The notes under the pieces were generated by a model. The model made no database searches, was not told where the DNA came from, and was given only the letters and a program-made list of their open reading frames with translations. From Podarcis erhardii (Eukaryota), in the NCBI GenBank assembly GCA_964252035.1, contig OZ176201.1: a DNA stretch of 64,000 bases; one strand, written 5' to 3'. Both the position numbers and the translations under genes were made by a program. Positions 20,611 to 33,830 of the stretch are shown piece after piece; the stretch's first letter is position 1, and the number at the start of each line of letters is the position of its first letter.

Positions 20611-23273
20611 TACCATGAAAATAGGAACAGCCCAGCTGCATCCTAGGACATGCTGGGTCTTCTGTTCTTTGAACTCCACTGTTCTGTGACAATGCAAGTT
20701 TCCGTGCTTTATCCCAACATTGGATTCACCTGCTTCTTGCCCAGTACTTGGCCTGTAGGGTGGTGTGTGAGCCTTGATTTTCCCTGCACATTTAGCCAGC
20801 GACTATATTACTGAATATCCTAGGTGAAATATCCAATTGGTATCCTTTGGACTGTGGGCAGTATTTGTACATTTGTGCATTTTTGTGTGCCAGAGAGAGA
20901 ATGTAGAGGTTGTATTCTTTTTTTTTATAAACTTGCTTGTGACCTGGTACAATATAAAACTGACCTCTAACAGGCCCCGTTTCTCTCTGTTGGCTCCCAC
21001 TGGGAATTCCTCCCACAGAATGACAGCAGAATTGGGCCATTAGTTTCAAAAAGCAAATGCATGGAATGCTATAAAAAAATTGCTGTAAGTTGCCTTCCAT
21101 ACTGATTTCCCAAATGGCAAAAAAGCTAGCCATCAAAATGCATCATGCATTTTTAATGACTCAGGCATTCATTGTCTCAACTTTGTCTTGTCATTTTGTT
21201 TGGACAGACAAGACCAGCTGCTACTATCCGTTAACATTGGGTTTCCACATGTGTGGGACTCCCGTGATTTGCTCCAGCAGAGTTCTGGTTTTTCAGAAAG
21301 CAAGAGTGAAGTATGACCCACTGAAGGCAGATCTTAGATGCTCAGTAGCAACAGTATAGGATTTGGAAAGCTTTCCTCCCACCTTTTCCCAAGTTAGTTC
21401 CTCCAATACATGAAGTCAGGTAGACCTCAACTGGCTGAAGTTTTCTTTTGCTTGAAAACATGATTTGTGTATAAAAGGTGTGTGTGCTTTATTCCAAAGC
21501 TCCTTTATCTCAAAAAGTCAGAAGCTGTAACTTGGGCTATATCCTATGGAAATGGTGTGTGGGAGATTATTAGGCTTTTGTGTACTGTCTTTGCTTTTCT
21601 TTCTAGTTTTGCACTACAATCCTAGGAGATTTTTTAAATCTCTATTTTTTTTAAAAAAATTAATTAAATGTTTATTGGTTTAAAAATATACAAACTACAT
21701 TTAAAAGGCTTCTCAAACCCCCTCAACACCTTGAGAATTTTAAAAACCCTCTTTAAAAACTGGAAAATGGAAGTATTCAATATTGCTCTTGTATTTTTTT
21801 AAAAAAAGCTTTGCAATTTCAAATGTTAAAATAAATTCAAAGGAGTAGTCAAAACAAACTCATCTGCATACATGTACAGCTCACCATATATCTTACTTTA
21901 TAGGTGCAGATGCTGTAACGTTGTAGCCTTTCACTTTAGCCTGTTTTTAAATACAGCCAATGGGCCTTGATGCGGCAAATGGGCCTTATTTTGAGGGATG
22001 AACAAGTCTGTGAGATTCCCTTTTCTTTCATTTTGTTGATTGGCATTGCAGCTGGCTTCCTTGCCTCCATAATGATATAACATTCTTTAAGTGGCTTTCA
22101 TATCTCTAGAAGCCTTTAGTATGGATGTTTGGTCTCCATCTGGTCTGCTATTGCCTTCTTGTACAGGTAGACAGACCAATTACTCTTGGTAGAGTCTCAA
22201 AGTGGTGGTTAGATCAGATGTTAACCTACGCAGAGTTTTGAGTTACCAAATTGAGAAGTTGCTCAGCCATTGGATGACTTTATTGTCACAGAGGCCTGTT
22301 GACTCTGTGCTTTTGTACTCATGTAAGTGTTTCATATTGTCTACCAAGGACTTATTTTTGCATTATATTTTTGTTACAAATTAAGAAAAGTTTAATAATC
22401 TGGGATTTAACCTGGAGAAGCAGTCACTCTTTGAAGGGGGCAGGACCAGAACCAGGAATTGGGGGTTTGGGGCACATGCAGTGGCCTACAGTCCAGCAGG
22501 AGACCCTTTGCCAAACTTAAGAATGTCCTGGCCCTTTCTTCTCCCTGTTGTTACTTCCTGTTCATGTTCCCTTGGCAAGTGAGCAGAAACCTCCGCATAA
22601 CTTTATCTGTTCCTGGGAAGTGGCACAGATTGGGCCCAGAGGCAAGCAAATGGGGAGCTGTAGCAGTGGTGAGGAAAAGGAGATGGGCACACAATTAGAA
22701 AGTGACTCTTCCTGAAACGATCTTGCCCAAGGGCCTCCCAAAGCCTAGAGCCAACACTAAAGGAGGAACCCATGTCTGAATTCTGTAGATCAACTAACAA
22801 CTCTGTATGTATGCAGGGGCACCGAGACTCAGGTTTTGATGTATGCGCTCTTGCCTTTGAGACATTGGTTGAAAACTGAGCATGCTTACTTAGCATCTAG
22901 TAAAGTTGGGTCTTCATTTGACATGAAGGAAACATGATCCGTCCCCACCCACAAGCCCATCTTTATTCAAAGTTTTGAGAACAAACTATTCCAGCAGTGT
23001 TGGCTAGCTAATTATGTTTCTTGAATCTGACAATATTCAGAACACTGCAAGAGGAAGTGATCCTATTTGTCTCAAAAGGAGTTCCAGAATTCCAGAGCAG
23101 ATGGAGCACTCCAATATGTAATGGTGGTTGGTAACAATTTGTTCATTTCTAGTTTTCAGTCTAGATTATAAGATCCTACGTATGGTAATGAAAAGCCCTG
23201 GGCTCTGGAAATATGAGTACTCACTATCACAAAAATGATGTCACATGTGCACTGGGGGCAAAAAATCCTTTTA

Positions 23274-23412
23274 TGCACTGTGACTTTCCTCCTTCCCATC
23301 CCCCTGTATGTGTCCCATGCCTTCCTCAAATCTGTTCCAGAGGTTTGAGGGAACAGATAGAACATACTTAGGTAGTGCTCAGGGGTGGGAGGGGGTGGAA
23401 AGTCCCATTGCA
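23274..23412. repeat. Imperfect foldback (palindromic) element
   Basis: tgcactgtgactttcctccttcccatcccc pairs with ggggtgggagggggtggaaagtcccattgca, and inner arms cctcaaatct/aggtttgagg also pair. Confidence 0.6.
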
Positions 23413-25903
23413 CAAGTGGAAATTCTTGTACTGATAGACTATGATTTAATGCTACTTTGGATACAGGTGTGTGTGTGTTTCTAGTTCACTATTGTCCATA
23501 TGGGGAGTAGAAAACGATGACAGACTTACTGGTGTGCTGAACACCTAGCTCACTTGCCTGGAATGTATATGCATGTTCATGAGGCCCACACTTGTTCCCC
23601 ATTATTTGTGGGATGTCATTGCTGGGCCAAAAGTCTGAATTCCCCCCAAAATCAGTGTGTGTGTGTGGGGGGGGACCTTGTCTTGTACAACCAATTTTCT
23701 TGTTACCAAGGTTTCTTTAATATAGACCTCTTTCATTGGGTTGCTTGGCAACTTGATGTAATGATTTCGTTAAAAGTACAATGAGAGACACAGAGCCTTA
23801 ACAAACTGATGAAGGGTGTTTTGTCTAAAGCTACCTATACCGTGTTCTTTAAAAGTGAGAATTAATACCTAGACATCCCCTCTAATTCATTATTTAGTGG
23901 AAATAAATGGTCTAAGAGAAGTGTTTAGATCGCCATACCATTGTTTGCTTAAGGCTTTATATTAAGAGTAGCTTGAAAGCTTTCACATTCTCAGTGATTG
24001 CCTATTTTGCCCTTTCATTCAGCAACATTTTCTGAAATAGTCCTCTAATGGGAACATTTATTTCAAGCAGTGGATGCACATTTACGGTAAGTTTCCATCA
24101 TGGTAGGGAGTTGGCGAGTCAAGACTGTGACATGCATTTCCATCAAGTAGAAGCAACTGACCTCTGAGATTCCATCCAGATGGCAAATGGTACTTGGTTG
24201 GGAACTGAAGGTGCCAATATATCTTCAGACGCTTCTATAAAAGCAGCTGCTGGGGACTTGGAAGGAATGGCTGGTTCCGGAGTGGTGCTGCTTCAGATTA
24301 ATATACGGTATTTTTAGTTTCCTGTTTTATGATGGGATAGGGATGCATCATCTTATTGGCAGCAAGTCACTCAGTGCATTATTTCCATCCATCTGCTTGT
24401 CTATTCCATGCCCCTCATTTGAAAAATAAGAAATATGTACCAGCAGCTATTATTAGCTAAATCTTGCAGCAATCTGCTATCACAGATGGTATTCTAAGCT
24501 TTTGAGGCTCAAAACCATAGAAACTCATTACAAATAAAGAAGTAAAATGGGTATGATCCCTCCCTATGCAGGTGCAACACCTGCCCAGGCAGTGTAGCTC
24601 AAAGGGCTTGATAAAGGCTCTGCCTTCCTCCCTGCATCCCTGCTCTCATAAATGAAGGCAGTGTTAGCTGGCATTTACAGGGAATGGCAGGTCTGTGTCA
24701 CTCTCCAGTCCTCCCCCTTCAATAATCATTTATAGAATTCTGTTCTTTAAAAAAAAGTGATGGGAGAAGTAGCTGCTCTATAAATGCATTCTAAATCACC
24801 ATAAATAATTTGCTTTTTGTATCATGGTAGAGGTATTCCACAGAGATAATAGAAAATGGGGAAGAAATACCTGTCAGCAGAAATTAGATGGCCAGATACT
24901 ACTTGAAATTGGTTCATAAGAGTGACAGTTGACCTCATATATGTCAGAACCAGCTAGTTGCCATTTCTTCTGCAGGGCTTGCATTGCCTAATTACAAGCC
25001 CAAAGAGTGGCCTTGCTGGATAAATTGCTCCCACTTGGCATAAAGCTGCACATGGGAAATAAGTGTTTCAATTAAGTCAGCTGTACTTTATAGCAGTCTT
25101 TTATGAAGGGAGGACACTCACTGGGTTTTTGCCCTTTGGAAATTTGTTTTAGAATTGGTTTATCAAGAAAGCCCTTTTGTTCTACCTCAGAAGTAGCCTG
25201 TGGTGAAATCTAGGGCTTCTTCTATATGCAGATCAGCCACTTATTATCTCCATATGATCTCCCCCATGTATGCAATCTCATGAAGAAACTTCACTGTGAG
25301 CCAAAATAAATGGTTGGCTTGCATGTGTGAAGAAGGTGTAGCAGTTCACATGCACACACAATATTGGCTTCTTGCAAATGCAAACAGTGCCACTTAGAGG
25401 CTTTCTATTTTGGAAGTAAACACTTGGTACAGCATATTGAACTAAAACCACTTCATAGCTTAACTATCCCTTTATATGACAATCCTGTGTTAGTTCTCAG
25501 GCAATTGGTAATGTAGAAATTCAGTGCATGTAATGGGGCACATACCCATTAAAACATGTACATCCATGAGCCTGACTTCCTTGACCCTTTTGTCCTATAA
25601 AAGGTTTAGAAGGTTTTTGGTATGCCACACATAACTATTTACCGTACTTCCTTATATTGATATCCAACCTTTCTTCCCTCGTGGAATCCAAAGGGGTGTA
25701 CATGTGATCCCCAGGCACTAAGCAAATCCAGAGTTGCTTAGCTTCAGCAAGATTGTGGCCTAATGTGTTTTCAAACCATACCCCAGTTTGCTGCTATGGT
25801 CCATCCATATAATTTGTTACATGCATGTTCCTGAACCCAATCACTTATGCAGTATTTCTGATGAAATAAATTAGCCCTTTAATGGGTTGCCTTGAAGCTA
25901 AAT

Positions 25904-26039
25904 CAGGCAACCCCAAACTCGGCCCTCCAGATGTTTTGGGACTGCAGCTCCCATCATCCCTGACCAATGGTCCTGTTTGCTAGGGATGATGGGAGTTGTA
26001 GTCCTAAAACATCTGGAGGGCTGAGTTTGCCTATGCCGG
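25904..26039. mobile_element. hAT-type hairpin MITE
   Basis: Arms of ~58 bp are nearly complementary (ccctccagatgttttgggac..ctcccatcatccct / agggatgatgggag..gtcc.aaaacatctggaggg). Degenerate 8-bp TSD agctaaat/agctagac. Confidence 0.88.
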
Positions 26040-26235
26040 AGCTAGACGTTTACAAATACATATTCCACTAATATTTATTAAATATTTTAGGATTTTATTA
26101 CATGTGTGTGCACATGTGCATGTTATACTCTGTTCCTTTAAAAACAGCCTTTGCTCTCAACCTGCTTTGTGATTTTAAAAAATGCAAAACCTAGATTGAT
26201 GTCATCCATTTAAGCTAAATATTGGAAGCTTGTGT

Positions 26236-26256
26236 TCCAGCACTATGGACAGCTCA
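26236..26256 (+). promoter_or_regulatory. Candidate RE1/NRSE (REST site)
   Basis: TCCAGCACTATGGACAGCTCA matches 17 of 21 positions of TTCAGCACCATGGACAGCGCC with canonical spacing. Confidence 0.5.
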
Positions 26257-26625
26257 GTAACTGAGATCATTGTAATTCTTGGCCTGTCTAGAGCACAGGG
26301 CAGGAATCTATTTGATAAAAGCCTTGAAGGCTTCAGGCAGAATGAGGCTTCCCTTGGAATCTAATGAATGGAGAAATTTGGGAAAGGGAAATAGAACTGC
26401 CCCCAATCATTATTATTATTGTAATAATTTGGTGGCACCCCGCCACCAAATAGGTAAAATCTTGCATAGTCCCCAAATAAATGTTCCTCGGCTTATTTTG
26501 ACTCTCTTGTGGCTGGAAGATATTTTTCATCAAACACTTCTGCCCAATTTGCTGAGTTTGCACAGATTTCAGTGAGGTTTTTGTTATGAATGGATGGCTC
26601 ACACCAATTCTAGTTTGTTCCAGGG

Positions 26626-26626
<1 letters not shown>

Positions 26627-26662
<36 letters not shown>
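26627..26662 (+). repeat. (TG)18 microsatellite
   Basis: Read directly. Confidence 0.95.
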
Positions 26663-26665
<3 letters not shown>

Positions 26666-26833
26666 TTTCCATCCTATGTATCCAATAATATTCAGATTAA
26701 AACAAACAAGCAAGCAAATACTGGTTTCTTGACACCTGGAAATGATGGTAGCAAACATTATTTTAGGGAAACTCATACACTAATGGTTATATTTGGTTCT
26801 GTTCCTGTTATTATCCAGTTTTCCTCAATTGAA

Positions 26834-26986
26834 ATCATAGTGTCATAGACTTGTAGAGTTGGAAGGGACCCTGAGGATCATCTTGTCCAACCCCCTGCAA
26901 TGCAGGAATATGCATCTGTCCCATATAGAGATCAAAGTTGCAATCTTGGTGTTGTCAGCACCATTCTCTAACCACTTGAGCTATCC
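26834..26986 (-). mobile_element. SINE with tRNA-Ile-derived head and CR1 3' tail
   Basis: The minus strand ggatagctcaagtggttagagaatggtgctgacaacaccaag...gatctctatatgggaca resembles tRNA-Ile. The tail matches that of 8317-8386. Confidence 0.8.
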
Positions 26987-29900
26987 ACTTGAATAACAAA
27001 TTATTCAAGCTTCCAGGCAAAGGAATTTAAAAGATTTTCACGCAAATCCTTGAACGGAGGGTGGCTTACAGAATTCATTATGGGATAGCATGTTCCCTAA
27101 GAATGTGACAGCTTACAAAACAAGGCCATTGAGGCGACATGAAGTTCTCTAATAAATGCTTGTTTTATTTTGGTATGATTGTATTATATGGGACTAAGTG
27201 TTCGAAATTCCCATTGTTCTAGGCACATTTTGCGACAGGAAATTTCATTAGCGCAAGCAGTTTCTGAGCTCTGGGCACAGTACTGCGCCTAAGATTTCAG
27301 ATTAAAACTGCAGGGTGGAAGGAAAGGAGGACCCTTTTCTGCCTCCCCATTTCCAGCCACTCTCTTAAGACTGAAGAAGAGACTGCCTTAAGAATATTAG
27401 GGGGGTGGGAAGGGGAAGGGCTAGACCATGTGAAAAATGAACATATCGTTTTAGCTGCAGTTCATTCATTTTCAGCTTTGCATTCTTGTAAAAAAGTGTG
27501 CCTAGACATTCCTTTGTTGCACCCATAACCTATGTTTAAGGTGTCATTTAGCTCCTAGATTTCATATCTCAGTTTCTAACACTGATGGGACTACATGTGA
27601 GACAAATACTGATTATAGTTACAAGATTCTTTAAAATAACCTGATGAGTTCTTCTTGGTTTTGTACATTTTTGAAAATGAATGATCCACTTTTTAAATCT
27701 TAAAAAATAATTAAAAATCCTGCTTTTTTAGTTATAAAATACCTAAGCAGTTCACAACAGTCAGCATTGCAATAATACAATAAAGCATGCCCAATATAAT
27801 ATTCAGTAAACATTAACATCAATTACAAACTGAAGGTACTGGCATTAGTGGATCAACAACTTTAAAATGTGAAGATATAATGCCCCAATTTTACAAAAAA
27901 ACAAAGCAAAACCCTTTTTTAGACATAAATATCTCATAGTTGAGGAAGTAAGGTGGACTGCCTTTGATAAAGTATCCAATATTGGTATGGTGTAATAAGC
28001 ACCAGTCCTTTAAAAACTCAGTTGTCTAGTATTGAGGACTGACTATTCTGCTGGGTGAGCCAGTTTGCAAAAAATACCGGTAAGTAACCCTAGCGTCTAG
28101 CATGTTGAATGCAGAAAGTTACAGCTGTCCCTCTTTTAAGTTCCCAAGCCCAAGTCTCTCCCCCCCCCAAAAAAAAAATGCTGGCGATAACTGTAGTTAT
28201 AAAAATCTCACCATATTGGAACTATTACTGTGAGAACATTGTGAAATGAGATAAACAGACTTATCTATATAAATAGAAGACTTGAGGTACTGATTGTACT
28301 ATTCATATTCACATTTTAATTCAATACAGCCTACCCTTATTGAGTTTGAAGGGGCTGCTGCACAATATCCAACCTTCTGCAGTGGCACACATTATTGCTA
28401 AAAGGCCTGGTTTGTGCAATTCAGAGTCTAAATGAGACAAATGTGAATCAGTCTATGTGGCTGCCTTTAGAGGAATCCTTAGTTTCACTGTAGGTTTTAC
28501 CAGTTTCTTACAAGGATGCAGTCATGCCTCTATTCCATATTACAAAGAAAGAAATGGCTTTCAGATGCTGCTGTATTTTGCAGCTGTGAGTCATAGCTGC
28601 AAAAGAGACAAACATTTTTTGTTGTTGTTGTTGTTGTTTTGTGTGTGTCTTTCCTCCATTTTCAAAGAATCATGGCTATACCTTCCAAGCTATCTTAATC
28701 TTAGGTTAGAGAGAAATACTACTAGGGATTTCAGAATTTGAATTGTCTTTTATGCTGGTGGTTCACAAGGCCTCTGGATTTGGATTTCAAGACCATTTTG
28801 GGCACGCTATGCCAACCTATCACTCACCTGATGACATATGTCAACTTGGCGCAACATACGTTTACTCCATTCTACAATATTGCTGCTCAGGCTTGCCTAG
28901 ATTACAGAAGGCTAATCTGTCAGAGATTAAGGGCCAAACATAGATGCTCATAATGTAATGGGGAAAATGTTTTTGCCATTGAAATGGAAGGTGTGTGGGA
29001 AAGAGTAATCCAAAGCCCTAGTTAACTCAAAGATTGGCTAATTTGCAGATCTCAGTGGTGCTGAGAAAAGTAGAAGGGTGTTGATGAACTGTGCAGAGAA
29101 TTATGTTTGCTGAGAGAGACAGATAACTGCAGACCAACAGACGGCAGCTAAAATCATGTGGCCGGACAAGAGAAAGTGTGATCACACCCGGTTTATAGAG
29201 AGAACTACATCATAAAATTGCCAGAAAATTGACATGCATTTGAGAATCTGAGAATACACTGAGCACAAGGCAAACAAATTAAAATGCCAGATAAAAGTTG
29301 GCAATTCCAAGAGATGGTGGAGAAAAATCTTCTGATTTTAATATTAAACAAGAGAAAGCAGACTCCGTTGTTTTTATTTTTAAGGAAGAGTGGGAGTAAG
29401 ACTGATGGCCTATGTCAAAGGGAAGACAACTTTCAGCTGTAAAAAGCAGGAGACTGGATTCATTTGCACACACTCAACTGAAACTGCCAAAAGGACTGTG
29501 GGCTTTTCCAGATGACCCATTTAGTCAACATTATTCTGATTTGCTTGCACTAAGCTTATCTGATGGTTACACTATGTCTGGTCTTTACTGAGCATTCATT
29601 TGGATTGTGAGGTAGTTACATGGCAATGAACATTCATCCTGCATTTATCCTGATCTGCTTGCAGGGTGTTCATATCTCTTCCCATTAGTAATTTGTTCAC
29701 TTTTCCATGTCAACTTCCTAACCATAAAATGCCTCTTTTTGAAAGAAGTGATTTGTTGCATGAAGCCAACAAACCCATTTCATATGAGCAAACTTTATTT
29801 CTTGTTTGCTCCAGCATTCCTCTCGCAAACTACTGACAATCCAAAGATGCCTGTCATTTCTGAAATTATCCTTGGTAAGAGCAGTTGTTTTCCTCAACTA

Positions 29901-30504
29901 ACCTTGAAATTAAAAGGAAAAGGAAACATTTTTGCTGTTGCATCTTCCTAACAATTTTATAATTTCACTGCATCAGCTCTTTTCCTTGAGACTGTCTGAT
30001 TCTCCTTTCTTCTCTTCCATTTCTTCTTTCCTCCCTTTCTTCAAGTTTTCTGATTCTTGTTCCTTTAGCCAATCCTCAGTTCCCAGAGTTTGTTCATATT
30101 GTCCACAGTTTCTGTACATGTTTCTGCAGTAATCTCACGCATGCTTTTTCTTGTACAGAAATTCTGCCTGTGTTATGAAATGAATAGCATGTGGAGTGGC
30201 CCTTGATAAACAAAAGCAGCCCCTATTCGTGCTGCTCCTTTTAAGTATGCAAAATATAGTGCACAAGAACTTGCGTTAAAGCATGAATACCACCATTAAC
30301 AGTGTGCACAGCTGGTTTTTCCCATATATATGGGACCCATGCAGAAACAAATGTTGGCTCATTTCATTTGAAACATAAAAGGTCTTTTATTACTTTTTCT
30401 TGAGTTGAAGGAAACCAATTTCAGCTGCAAGACAGCTTAATTTCAGGAATCTCCTCTCTTTCTCTCTTCACATTTTAATACTAAGCACTAAGTTTTCTCA
30501 TCTC

Positions 30505-30700
30505 AGAAACTGCCAGAGATGAAGCAGAATACCCTGTTGTGTTGCTGTGTTGAACTGATGGCAGACAGCAGTTCATGTGGAAGGCAGTATCTATGTACAC
30601 CGAGCACAGCCCACACCCATGCTGCATTAAGGCATTTATTGATCTCTAGAATGCTTTGCTCCTCCACTGTAGAGTTCAAATAAGCAGAAAATCTTATGCT
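30505..30700 (-). mobile_element. Very old L2-like fragment
   Basis: Weak peptide resemblance (SILEINKCLNAAWVW) to the L2 region after the RT YADD motif. Confidence 0.3.
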
Positions 30701-32308
30701 TGCATTCAAGAAGTAGTCTCCCAGTGCAGCTGTTTGATCCCCGTGTTGAGTGTGAATCCACAGGCTTAATCTGGGGTTTCCACTCCTATTTATTTAATGC
30801 ACCTTCTAGATGCATTGTGTGTGTAAATACAGCTATAACTGTTTATCAGCTGATAACTTACCACAGCAGACACATAGCTATGTGAGTAGCTGCTCATTTA
30901 TAGGTCCCATCTACATAATGAGGATAATAATTTTACTACATCTCCAAACTTAATCAGATATCTGGGGCAACAGGCGAGTGGCAAAAATTGTCATAGCAAC
31001 ATTTGCTTATGTATTTTGTGGCTGCGTGCCCAGTGGGATCACTTAGTAAATACCGGTAATTGTCTGTATTTACCTTGTGTATGTGGGAAAAGGAGGTCTT
31101 TTGATATGTAAGCTTTATTTCTCTCCCCCCCCCCCCCCGTTGACAAAAGTCTCTGGTATTATAGTATAAAAGGTAGGATCAGGTGCATGAGCTTGATCCT
31201 GTCTAGACATTCGCCTTCTGCACCTTCTATTTTAAACTTCTTCACATGGTGCAACAGCATACTTAAATCCTTCCACAGTATCCATAAGGCAGAGAGATTA
31301 TTACTCAACTTGATCAGAGATCTAAATCTGGCATTACTATTTTGTTTTCAGCATCTAGCCCAGCCTTGGGAGTTTAAATTCCCATGGAGTGGTATCCGCG
31401 TCACCACTGTTTCTGTTTGAAATACCTATCCTCATTCCTAGAATTGCCATGGGATTTTGTTAAAGAGAATTCATAATTAACTCCTCGCATAGCTTCACGT
31501 TGTGTATTTCAACCACTTGATAGCCGGAAGTAATGGCAAGGATTCTCGTCTTATCATACAGGTATCGAGCCTGGTTGTTCAAAAAACTTCTGCAGTTTTT
31601 GGTTCACTTGCTCTGTCTCTCCTGGTTTTAGTGCAAGGGCATTTGTTCACATTTGTGGTTGACACCTTTTGATTAGCTTTGTACCCAGGCTTTTGCAAAT
31701 GCCAGGATCCAGTTCTCTCCATTAATGACTGTGCCTTTGGAGTCAGACCTATTATTTCCTGTTTATTGATTTAACTTGTAGCAATTCTCCAGTTTTCCCT
31801 TAATCCTCTCTGGGTTAATTAATAGGCACAGCTCAGCTTATCATAAGACCTTGCATAGATAGGTCATTTCTCTCCTCATCAACGTTATTTCATGTCCATT
31901 GCATTATATTGTTTGTTTCCAAACCCTACTTAAAAGAATAAAAGGCATTCTAGATGCTACCTTGTGACAGATGTGTGTGACAATGTCCTGGAGTTTTTAG
32001 TCATGAACTGAAGGATCCATGGAGTAGACTTGGAGAAGGAGAGAGAGGGAGACTATCCTCCACCCCCTTAAGGGTACAAAAATGGCTTGGAGGGTTAGGG
32101 TTAGGGTTGAAAAATAAATATAGACATTAGCCCTGTAAAGTTGTGTTTGTCCCTGAAGCATAAAGAAAATGGGAAGCAATTTGATAACACTTTTTTCATT
32201 ACCAAGATCCTCCAGTAACCCTGTTTTGTGAACTGTTTGCAGTGTGATTACTGGGAAAGTCAGTCTCAGCCAGCCAGCAGAACAGCTGCTGAGAGCAATG
32301 GTCTAAAT

Positions 32309-32434
32309 TTGGGATGGAGAACTTGTGGCTCTCCAGTTGCTCTCCTAACTTCCATCAGTCCTACCCACCATGGTAAGGGATGATGGGAGCGGTAGTCTGG
32401 CAACAACTGGAGGACCATGGATTTCCTACCCCTG
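32309..32434. mobile_element. Degenerate hAT hairpin MITE
   Basis: Perfect 8-bp TSD GTCTAAAT at 32301-32308 and 32435-32442. Contains gggatgatgggag as in 25904-26039 and ends in cctacccctg. Confidence 0.8.
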
Positions 32435-32689
32435 GTCTAAATAGTTCAATGTGCTATCTTGGTACCCTCTTTGTATACTCTCCAGTTACATGTAATGAAT
32501 AGTAATGCTAAGGATGTCTGAGTCCAAACTGAGTTTATGCACATGCTGGAAATAATTCTTATGCCGAAAACTCTGATCTGAAAGGAGGAAGACCCTGTTA
32601 CATTAGCCTATTACATTCTCGTATTGCCACTCTCTGCACCTCACGCAGAAGAGGCACATGGAGAAGGGCCTCGGATGACAAATATAGTG

Positions 32690-32810
32690 TCCAGGTAGGG
32701 TTATATGGAGAAGTAGTATTGGGTTCCTAACTACATCAGGCTTTATAGTTCTAAACCAGCACTTTGAGCTGAACCTGGAAACAGATGGTGACCCTGCATC
32801 ACTTCCCCAC
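32690..32810 (-). mobile_element. Old L2 fragment
   Basis: The minus strand reads ICFQVQLKVLV*NYKA, similar to L2 ICFRAQFKVLVLTYKA. Confidence 0.6.
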
Positions 32811-33830
32811 TTGTGAAGGCGTGCTCTTTGCAGGGAGACTTGCCTGTCGACTTTGTTGGACATCTTTAGGTGCTAGGCAAGAACATTCCTCTTCTGGCAG
32901 GCCTTTGGCTAATTAAACAATCTATGGCCTTTTAAACTGTGGGGTAGGTTATTGTCTGCTACTATGTGTGTATTTTTGTGTTTTTGTATTGTAATCCACC
33001 CTGTGATCTTCAGAAGAAATGTGGTATAGAAATTTAATAAATAATGAATTCCCTTCCAGTCTTTATCCCATGTTTCTTCCATCATGCAATCTATGGTAGT
33101 GTACATGCAGTTCCCAGGTGGTCACTCATCCAGGCATTGACCAAACCTACTCACGGTAGCTTCAACAGCTGGCCTCATGTGCCTTCAGATCACACCCAGA
33201 CTGTAGTAGCTGCTGCCCCCTTGAATATAATGCAGCTAACTTCCAGGTAAACCAGCTTAGGGTTTCCAGGGGATTCACATCACATTTCTCTTTTACCACA
33301 TTTACTGGGACAGGATAGTGGAGGAGGAGATACAAACTTCATGTTAAATTGGTGGCAGCTACATATCTCCTGTAGCCTCTAGTCTTCTTTTCACACATGT
33401 TGCAATTTATCTCAGTGTTGTTTGTGATTGCGCTCCTACATACTCTGCTTGTGGGCTTTCTGTAGACATCTGGATGGCCACTTTGGGGAAAAGAATGCTG
33501 CACAGGTTTGGCCTCTGGTCTGACCCACAAGGCTCTCTTTTATGTTCTAATTACTTAGTTCTTTTCTCTCTCTGTTTGTGTTTTTTTTTTAAACAGAGAA
33601 GATACAGCAGCTACTTTTCCTGCACTGTGGTTTTTCACATTTGTATGGTAATAAAACTAGACCTAGGAGGCCTGCAAATGTTCGTCTAAACGGTTATTAG
33701 TATCCTTCATGAACTTCAAATGTGGTTCAACTTGGTTCAAAGTGCTTCAAAAAGCTAAACACTGAATTACAGTCACCTAGTGGCACTTTATCCCCTGTAT
33801 TCCAGAAGTATAAGGTTTCTCTCCCCAGAA

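Noticed and set aside
23805-23835. Other CTGATGA occurrences (also ~13539, ~27641, ~36795) as hammerhead cores
   Set aside because: No stem II followed by GAAA.
24180-24317. 45-aa ATG ORF (MANGTWLGTEG...) with a donor-like CG|GTATTT
   Set aside because: It would end in phase 2, which is incompatible with the next PPP2R2B exon. The splice sites are weak and I see no homology.
32091-32108. Interstitial telomeric repeat AGGGTTAGGGTTAGGGTT
   Set aside because: Only two full units, too short to distinguish from chance or a common short motif.
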